32,000 bases of DNA from Candidatus Saccharimonadota bacterium (lineage in GTDB: Bacteria > Patescibacteriota > Saccharimonadia > Saccharimonadales > UBA4665): assembly GCA_963716945.1 (NCBI GenBank), contig OY970322.1, forward strand, positions 30,001 through 62,000, written 5' to 3'. The first letter of the stretch is position 1. Each line of letters starts with the position of its first letter. The notes under the pieces are model-generated. The model did no database searches, had not been told where the DNA came from, and was given only the letters and a program-made list of their open reading frames with translations. Both the position numbers and the translations under genes were made by a program. Shown in pieces: positions 1 to 7,041 of this stretch.

Positions 1-674
1 CGACACCCGTGGCGCGCTGTAAGGCCTGGATATTGCGGCCTTCTTTGCCGATGATGCGGCCCTTCATTTCTTCGTCTTCAAGCTTGACGCTGGTAATCGT
101 CCGTTCGGCCGTAACCTCGCTGGCCATCCGCTCCATGGCCGTGGTAATAATCAAGGCGGCTTTTTCTTCGGCGTTGTCGCGGGCCTCGTTCTGCAACTTG
201 CTAATCAGGCCCGTCAGGTCGTTCTTGATATCGCGCTCGGTCATTTGCATCAGCTTGTCGGCGGCGTCGGCTTTGCGTCAGCTTGGCGATCTTTTCCAGC
301 TTCTCCTGCTGCTTGGTCCTGATGCCGCGGATTTCGTTCTTGAGCTGCTCGACTTCGTCTTCGTTTTTGCGCAGGGTTTCGCTGCGCTTGTCGAGTTCAT
401 CGAGTTTTTTGTCGAGGTTTTCTTCGCGAGTGACCAGCCGGCTTTCCAAATCTTTCAATTCGCGGCGGCGGGCATGCTCTTCCTTACGGGTTTCCTCGAT
501 TTCTTTTTTGGCCTCTTCCTTGGCTTGTTCAATCAGTTTGTTGGCTTCGCGCTTAGCTTTCTCCAGGTCCTTTTTGGTGCGCTCCTCGGCTGAGCCCATG
601 CGTTGTTTGTTAACGGCGGCATTGGCGCCAAAGCCAGCCACCAGCCCCACTATAGCGAGCACTACTGGTAACAT
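1..674 (-). CDS. rny: Ribonuclease Y, 5' portion; reading frame broken by an apparent 1-nt indel near 272; 3' end lies beyond the window start
   Basis: N-terminal TM helix (MLPVVLAIVGLVAGFG) and a long Lys/Glu coiled coil in the frame starting at ATG 674. A second frame from 271 downward reads ADAADKLMQMTERDIK...EEMKGRIIGKEGRNIQALQRATGV (KH domain with GxxG) and runs off the window edge. The ORF-track entry 201..674 is only the part upstream of the break. Confidence 0.85.
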
Positions 675-820
675 AGTCGTTCCTTTCTTGTAGCACAGAA
701 AAGTCTTATTTCAGGCAATCGCTATCACTTCTCTAGTCTGAAAAACTAATCTGAAAATCGAATAATATTGGTTGGTCGGATTTACTCAAGCGCTCTCAAA
801 ACGCGGCAATTCCTATTCCA

Positions 821-850
821 AATATACGCCGACAATCGCGTTCTGGTCAA
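821..850 (-). promoter_or_regulatory. Candidate sigma70-type promoter for rny (TTGACC-18-TATATT), implying a leader of roughly 140 nt
   Basis: Minus-strand TTGACC at 850-845 and TATATT at 826-821, separated by 18 nt, in the AT-rich 205-nt tsaB-rny gap. Confidence 0.3.
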
Positions 851-879
851 CCGCACGGCATCAAAAGCCAGGCCCGAAG

Positions 880-1272
880 CTATTTTTTAGGCGGTGTAAT
901 ATGCGGCGGGGAGCCGTATTCGGGAATGGCGGCCCGGTCATCCTCGCCGGCCGCGATGGCGGCGCTACCCGTTTCGATCCAGTCGGCACCGCCTTTGGCC
1001 ATTAGCGGCAGGCGCAGACTGTAGGCCAAGGCATTGGCCACGCTCAAACCGATGCGTAACCCGGTAAAGCTGCCGGGACCCCGGAAAGCTATTATGGCGT
1101 TAAGGTCGGCCAAGCCGCGGCCCTGCGATTCCAGCAGTTCCTTGATTTTAGTATGGATAGTTTCTGCCAGTTGGCGATGGGCGGGCCAAACCGAATAAGC
1201 GAGTTTCGTGCCGCTCTCGAACAAACCGACTTCGGCTTCGGGCTTATCGGTTCTGATGGTCAGTATTAGCAT
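880..1272 (-). CDS. tsaB: tRNA t6A37 biosynthesis protein TsaB (YeaZ), unusually short (130 aa)
   Basis: GPGSFTGLRIGLSVANALA motif typical of TsaB/YeaZ. Adjacent to tsaE. Only the N-terminal ASKHA subdomain is present. Confidence 0.8.
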   Translation of the reverse strand: MLILTIRTDKPEAEVGLFESGTKLAYSVWPAHRQLAETIHTKIKELLESQGRGLADLNAIIAFRGPGSFTGLRIGLSVANALAYSLRLPLMAKGGADWIETGSAAIAAGEDDRAAIPEYGSPPHITPPKK

Positions 1273-1284
1273 ATGCTTAACATG

Positions 1285-1752
1285 TTAAGTATTTCGGGGA
1301 ATTAGGTAGGCCAGCGCGGCCGGATAATTAAAGGTCAGTTCACGCCGGTTTTCGGCCAAGGCCTTAATATGGACGCTCAAGCGCTCGGGCGGCAAAACAC
1401 CTTCGACGATCCCGCCCCACTCAACGGCTATAACGGCCAGGGGGTCGGCCAGGACTTCGGCCAGTTCGACCTCCATGATGCCGGGGTCTTTCAGGCGGTA
1501 AAAGTCAAAGTGGTATAGGGTCAGGCGGCCGGCTTTGTACTGGTTGCCTAGCGTGAAGCTGGGGCTGCTGACTTTGTCCCGGCTGCCCATGCCGCCGGCC
1601 AAACCGCGTACGAAAGCCGTCTTGCCGCCGCCCAGGTCGCTCACCAGCTCGATAACTTCGCCGCCGCGCACCTTACGTCCGATTTCCCCGGCGAGATCCA
1701 AGGTAGACTCTAAGCTGGTACATTCTGTTCGCCAGGTCCGCTCGGTACTCAT
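1285..1752 (-). CDS. tsaE: tRNA t6A37 biosynthesis ATPase TsaE (YjeE)
   Basis: P-loop SDLGGGKTAFVRG plus the SPSFTL and HFDFYRL motifs. Start placed at ATG 1752 (MSTERTW...). The ORF-track extension to 1803 lies inside the upstream gene. Confidence 0.85.
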   Translation of the reverse strand: MSTERTWRTECTSLESTLDLAGEIGRKVRGGEVIELVSDLGGGKTAFVRGLAGGMGSRDKVSSPSFTLGNQYKAGRLTLYHFDFYRLKDPGIMEVELAEVLADPLAVIAVEWGGIVEGVLPPERLSVHIKALAENRRELTFNYPAALAYLIPRNT

Positions 1753-3130
1753 ATGCCCCGTATAGTAGCGCGGCGGCGGCGACCAGGGCAAGCGTCCAGG
1801 CATGGATTGGTTCCGCGGCTGGCTGGTCGTCTGTCGGCTGGCTGGCTGCCAAGGCGGCGGTTTTGGTTTTCTTGGCCTTAGCCGCGGAGGCCTTGGACGG
1901 TTTGGCGGCGGCGGATTTGGCGGCTACCTTTTTGGCGGCCGGCGGCTGGTCGATGACATTAGGCGAGCCCGGTGTCAGCTTGGTCGTCCAATACCATTTG
2001 CCGTTCGCTAAAGCCCAGGCCAGACCGTCCTTAGCGGTTCCATAAATACCGGTCGCGGAGACCGAATTGCCGAATGGGTCCAGCAGCCTGGCCTGGCCGC
2101 CGCTATTGCTAAGGCTGAGGCCGGTGGCCGACGAATAAAAGGCCGTGAAGCCGTGGGCCAGTAAACCGCTGCCCGACGGAAACCTGTAGCTGTGCAAAGT
2201 CGTAGTTCCGACTTGCAGGCTGAAGCCGCTCAGGTCAAAAGCCACGTCATTAGGATTATAAAGCTCTATAAATTCATCAGTGGCGTCATTGCCTGTGCCG
2301 TCAGGGTTGGGCAGCAATTCGGTTACCGTCGGGGCCATCAACCCTATGTCCGCCGCCGGCAAACTGGCCGTGTCCGGACTCGGCGTGCCGCCGCTATCGT
2401 TGGCCGACAAAATAGTAGCCGCCGGTTCATTACCCGGCAGAAGCTGAGACAGGCCGCTGGCCACCTGGCTTGAGCTATCGGTACCGCCGACCAGGTCACA
2501 AGGGTTGGTAGTGTCAGGCTGGACGGCTTGCCAGCTGCCGGCGCCGGCCGCGTTAACGGCCGGGTTATTCCGCGCGTCGGTCGGCTGACGCTGCAAAAAG
2601 GCGGCCGTATTGGCCGGCAGGGTCTGGGCGCCGGCGGCGGCCGTTTTGGACCAGCCGACATAGTCTTGCAAAACCGGCGTCACCGATCCTCCCGGGCTGG
2701 CCTGGTTAAAGGCCAGTACCTCGACTAGCCCGGCCGTACTTGACAGGCCAAGCGACACCGAATCGACCGTTAGCTGGTAGCACAACAGCAGCGTCCCGTC
2801 ATTGACCATAAAATAACCATGCGGCGGTACGGTGCCCGACAGGCTGACCAGCTTGCTGCTGGTAGCCTTGGCCAGGTCGTAATTATTGAAATACTCCAGC
2901 TGGTACTTGCTCGCGTCAATAGCAGAATCGGTGGAGTTGTAGAGCGTGATGAACTGCCCGTTACTGCTGGTGATTTTGAGCTGGCTAACTACGAGGGAAG
3001 GAGCACTAGCCGTTGCCGCCCGGGCCGGTGCCGGCAACCCGAACGCGAGTAAACCCGCTACTACGATTGCCGGGCCGGCTGCCTGGAGTATTTCTTTTGT
3101 CCGCCGCATAGTAGACAGGATTGTAGCCAT
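1673..3130 (-). CDS. Surface-anchored protein with two lamin-tail-like (LTD) domains, a Lys/Ala-rich polycationic segment and a C-terminal TM anchor
   Basis: Signal-peptide-like N-terminus (MRRTKEILQAAGPAIVVAGLLAFGLPAPARA). LTD hallmark LLPNPDGTGNDATDEFIELYNPNDVAFDLSGFSL. K/A-rich stretch AAKKVAAKSAAAKPSKASAAKAKKTK. C-terminal helix WTLALVAAAALLYGAYEY. The start is uncertain: ATG 3130, ATG 3109 or TTG 3175. Confidence 0.75.
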   Translation of the reverse strand: MATILSTMRRTKEILQAAGPAIVVAGLLAFGLPAPARAATASAPSLVVSQLKITSSNGQFITLYNSTDSAIDASKYQLEYFNNYDLAKATSSKLVSLSGTVPPHGYFMVNDGTLLLCYQLTVDSVSLGLSSTAGLVEVLAFNQASPGGSVTPVLQDYVGWSKTAAAGAQTLPANTAAFLQRQPTDARNNPAVNAAGAGSWQAVQPDTTNPCDLVGGTDSSSQVASGLSQLLPGNEPAATILSANDSGGTPSPDTASLPAADIGLMAPTVTELLPNPDGTGNDATDEFIELYNPNDVAFDLSGFSLQVGTTTLHSYRFPSGSGLLAHGFTAFYSSATGLSLSNSGGQARLLDPFGNSVSATGIYGTAKDGLAWALANGKWYWTTKLTPGSPNVIDQPPAAKKVAAKSAAAKPSKASAAKAKKTKTAALAASQPTDDQPAAEPIHAWTLALVAAAALLYGAYEYRADLANRMYQLRVYLGSRRGNRT

Positions 3131-3242
3131 CCGGCTGCCGGACCGGCAAGCATAGGCGTTTTGCAAGTGCTGCAAACGTTAAGTTTTTTAATTTTTCCCT
3201 GGCGGCGATAGTACAAACTGGTTAGCCGTCCGGCCTACGCGC

Positions 3243-3248
3243 TATACT
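3243..3248 (+). promoter_or_regulatory. -10 box TATACT 6 nt upstream of ATG 3255 (leaderless-type start)
   Basis: TATACT-gtaaac-ATG with no Shine-Dalgarno. The same architecture recurs at other operon starts in this window. Confidence 0.4.
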
Positions 3249-3254
3249 GTAAAC

Positions 3255-3773
3255 ATGCTCCAGCTAAGCGCCAGCCTGCTCAACAAGTCGGTTCTATCGC
3301 TGCGTACCAGCGCGCCGGTGGCGACGATTATCGGACCGATTATCAATCCCGACAACCTCAAGGTCGAAGGCTTTTACTGCCAGGACCGGTTCGACAAGCA
3401 GCAGCTGGTTTTGCTCTGCCAGGACATACGCGACGTACTGCCCCAGGGCTATGTCGTTAACGACCATGACGTGCTGGCCGAGCCGGAAGAACTGGTACGC
3501 CTGCAGAAAGTCATGGAACTCGACTTCCAGCTGATTGGCAAGCCGGTCGTCACGCTCAGCAAGGTCAAGGTCGGCAAAGTCAGCGACTACGCCGTCGAAA
3601 CCGAAACCATGTTCATCCAGAAGATTTATGTCGCCCAGTCTATCCTCAAGAGCCTGACCGGCGGCTCCCTCAGCGTCGACCGCACCCAGATCAACGAAAT
3701 AACGCCCCGCCGCATCATCATTAACGACCTGCTTAAGAAGTCGCCCGTACCGGCTTCGGCCTCTATCGCCTAG
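3255..3773 (+). CDS. PRC-barrel-like domain protein (two tandem barrels), function unknown
   Basis: 172-aa ORF with two similar halves (LLNKSVLSLRTSAPVATIIGPIINPDNLKVEGFY / LIGKPVVTLSKVKVGKVSDYAVETETMFIQKIYV) resembling PRC-barrel signatures. Domain call made by eye only. Confidence 0.55.
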   Translation: MLQLSASLLNKSVLSLRTSAPVATIIGPIINPDNLKVEGFYCQDRFDKQQLVLLCQDIRDVLPQGYVVNDHDVLAEPEELVRLQKVMELDFQLIGKPVVTLSKVKVGKVSDYAVETETMFIQKIYVAQSILKSLTGGSLSVDRTQINEITPRRIIINDLLKKSPVPASASIA

Positions 3774-4530
3774 ACCCGGCAGCCGCGACGAAGGCCTTAA
3801 ATAATCCGCGCCACTCAGGTTCGGTTTCGGCTTCCAGGGCTTCAGGGTGAGACTGCAGGCCGATGACGAAATTGCCGCCCGGGAGTTCAATAGCCTCGAC
3901 TACCCCGTCCTCGGCATGGGCAGTAGCGACCAAGCCCGTGCCTAGATCTTTGATCGTTTGGTGATGCAAGGTGTTAGTCCGGAGGCTTTCGGTACCCAGG
4001 GCTTTGGCCAGCCTGGAACCGGGTTTCAGCTGCAACCGGTGGGCCAGGTGGTGAAAATCCCGCTTATGTATATTGGCCTGGTGGTCGGCGGCTGAGGGCA
4101 CGTTGATATCAGTATCCGAGTGCAGGCTGCCGCCCAGAGTCACGTTAATCAGCTGCATGCCGCGGCAGATCCCGAGCACCGGTTTGCCGTCTGCCAGCGC
4201 CCATTCAAGCAGTTGTCTTTCCTGACGGTCGCGGCGCGGCGACAGCCTGGTCTGCAGCGGGTGAGTAGCGGCATTGATCTTGTTGGACGAACGCGGCATG
4301 TTATAAGCTTCGGGGTCCAGGTCACTGCCGCCGGGCAGCAGTAAGCCGTCGGACCGCTCGTACAGTTGCCGCAGCGCGGTGCCGTCGTCGGTCAGCGGTA
4401 TTATGAACGGCGCGCCGCCGGCCCGGATAATCGCGTCGCTATAAGTATGGAATTGGCCGTAAACGACGGGCAGCCATTTTTCACCGCTATTAATAAACTC
4501 GCCGGCCGCAATCGCTATGAACGGTTTCAT
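3763..4530 (-). CDS. Class-I glutamine amidotransferase-like / gamma-glutamyl-GABA hydrolase family protein (peptidase C26)
   Basis: Nucleophile elbow GICRGMQLINV, a downstream HHQ motif, and LLLPGGSDLDPEAY, all typical of the PuuD/C26 family. Confidence 0.8.
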   Translation of the reverse strand: MKPFIAIAAGEFINSGEKWLPVVYGQFHTYSDAIIRAGGAPFIIPLTDDGTALRQLYERSDGLLLPGGSDLDPEAYNMPRSSNKINAATHPLQTRLSPRRDRQERQLLEWALADGKPVLGICRGMQLINVTLGGSLHSDTDINVPSAADHQANIHKRDFHHLAHRLQLKPGSRLAKALGTESLRTNTLHHQTIKDLGTGLVATAHAEDGVVEAIELPGGNFVIGLQSHPEALEAETEPEWRGLFKAFVAAAGSRR

Positions 4531-4574
4531 ATCCGTTATTTACTTTAACACGCGCGGTGCCGCGGGCGGCGGTT

Positions 4575-5183
4575 TCAGGCCGTGTCGTCTTCGCCGAGAG
4601 CTGACTTTATATCGCCGTAGTTGAAGCCCTGGCCGGCCAGGTACTGCATTAGCTTGAGGTTATCGCGGTATTTGGCCTGCCGGCGTTTGCGCTCGATCAC
4701 GGCGCGCAGAGCGGCCTGTTCGTCTTCGGACTCGTTGCCTACCGCGGCTTGGATGATGTCGCCGGGGACGTGTTTTTGGCGTAATTCTTGAATTAGCTTG
4801 CGGCGCGATTTGACGTGGAGCAGCCGGCGGTCGCTGACAAAAGCTTCGGCGAACTTCTTGTCATCCAGCAAGTTAGAATTACTTAACTTGTTAAGTATGC
4901 TTGCAGACAGGGTAGGGGAAGCGCCTTTACGCTGCAGGTAAGTCGTGACTTCCCATCGGCTGCGCGGCCGGATAGCCAGATAGCCCAAAACGTTACCGTA
5001 GAGCTTATCGTCAGCTGAAGCCTGCTTGAATTCCCTAAGCTGCTGCTTGGTCAGCTCCTGGCCGTTGACCAGTTTGCTGTCGAGCAGAGCCGTGTCGCTC
5101 AAGCTGAACTCATACTTGCCGTCAACGAAAATCGAATACCGGCCGGGCCGTTTAACCTGGGCTTTGATGCTGGTGATTTTCAT
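4575..5183 (-). CDS. recX: Recombination regulator RecX
   Basis: 202-aa helical-repeat protein (YLAIRPRSRWEVTTYLQRKG...) at the end of the recA operon. Confidence 0.8.
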   Translation of the reverse strand: MKITSIKAQVKRPGRYSIFVDGKYEFSLSDTALLDSKLVNGQELTKQQLREFKQASADDKLYGNVLGYLAIRPRSRWEVTTYLQRKGASPTLSASILNKLSNSNLLDDKKFAEAFVSDRRLLHVKSRRKLIQELRQKHVPGDIIQAAVGNESEDEQAALRAVIERKRRQAKYRDNLKLMQYLAGQGFNYGDIKSALGEDDTA

Positions 5184-5185
5184 AC

Positions 5186-5701
5186 CTATGAATAATGCTC
5201 TTCAAGGCATTGCCTTAGACCTATGGCAACTTTGTCGGGGTGGTCGGCCGCCAGTTTGAGGGCTTGGCTGACGGTCAGCCAGCGGGTACCGGACAGCTCC
5301 TTGCGGTTCGGCTTGATGGCAGTACCGACAGGTATGGTAACTTTGTAGGTCTTGCGGAAACGGTTCAAGCGGAGCCCGTCAACGACACTATTGTCATAAT
5401 ACTTGCCGACCTCTTTGAGTTCGAAGCCTCTTAGTCCAAGCTCCTCATCGAGTTCACGCCTGGCGGCCGACTCGTAAGTTTCGCCTTCGTCGACGTGGCC
5501 GGCACTTGAAGTGTCCCAGCAATTAGGGTAGGTGGCTACGGTGGGGCCGCGCTTTTGCAGCAAGACCTTGCCGTCGGAATCTTCGACAATCACGTAGATA
5601 ACCCGGTGGGCCAAGCCCTGCTCGTAGATTTCAGCAAGCGAAGCGCCCCCGGCCGGCCGGTCGTTCTGGTCGACGATTTGGATGGGAGGATAGCTCGTCA
5701 T
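5186..5701 (-). CDS. NUDIX hydrolase
   Basis: Nudix box GHVDEGETYESAARRELDEELGL. Lies between recA and recX with gaps of 14 nt and 2 nt. Confidence 0.85.
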   Translation of the reverse strand: MTSYPPIQIVDQNDRPAGGASLAEIYEQGLAHRVIYVIVEDSDGKVLLQKRGPTVATYPNCWDTSSAGHVDEGETYESAARRELDEELGLRGFELKEVGKYYDNSVVDGLRLNRFRKTYKVTIPVGTAIKPNRKELSGTRWLTVSQALKLAADHPDKVAIGLRQCLEEHYS

Positions 5702-5715
5702 CTCAGCCTGCTGGC

Positions 5716-6777
<1,062 letters not shown>

Positions 6778-6816
6778 CCTTAAACCTCCTACGGTCGCTT
6801 ACTGTCCGTTACTAAT

Positions 6817-6825
6817 ATTTTAGCA
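6817..6825 (-). promoter_or_regulatory. Extended -10 promoter (TGcTAAAAT) for recA
   Basis: Minus-strand TGCTAAAAT about 40 nt upstream of the recA ATG, followed by a leader carrying GGAGG. Confidence 0.45.
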
Positions 6826-6969
6826 CTATAAAACGGTCTGGCCGCCGGTGAAAATTGCTACAGCTTATTCCGGCCGGATATTTTCAGTACATTTAATTTC
6901 TATTTAATAAACCGGCCCGCCCGTATCTGGACCGGCAGCTTAGAATTGCTAACGCTTTTGGGCATATCC

Positions 6970-6978
6970 TGATAAAAT
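6970..6978 (+). promoter_or_regulatory. Extended -10 promoter (TGaTAAAAT) for pilB-pilC
   Basis: TGATAAAAT 64 nt upstream of GTG 7042. AGGAG Shine-Dalgarno at 7030-7034. Confidence 0.45.
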
Positions 6979-7041
6979 AAGCTTTATGGTGGGATTCCCA
7001 GACAAAATAAAAAACACCTCTCGGACGCCAGGAGCCTAGGC

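Noticed and set aside
9-593. 194-aa plus-strand ORF, and also 283..693, overlapping rny
   Set aside because: Antisense to a clearly recognisable RNase Y sequence. The composition is low-complexity Ser/Leu/Phe/Ala, typical of the reverse frame of a Lys/Glu-rich coiled-coil gene. No start context.
3763-3773. Convergent gene pairs that overlap or abut without terminators (3763-3773, 18385-18390, 26873-26881)
   Set aside because: Probably ordinary gene packing in a compact genome. There are no hairpins or conserved motifs at these junctions to suggest a specific antisense-regulation mechanism.
6869-6878. Palindrome TCCGGCCGGA and a search for an SOS/LexA box upstream of recA
   Set aside because: It is only a 10-bp GC-rich palindrome. 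There is no CTGT-N8-ACAG or GAAC-N4-GTTC type box and no lexA gene in the window.
6986-7039. 17-codon mini-ORF (MVGFPDKIKNTSRTPGA) just upstream of pilB
   Set aside because: It has no Shine-Dalgarno, is very short, and its 3' end contains the pilB Shine-Dalgarno. More simply explained as the pilB 5' UTR. A uORF role cannot be excluded but is unsupported.
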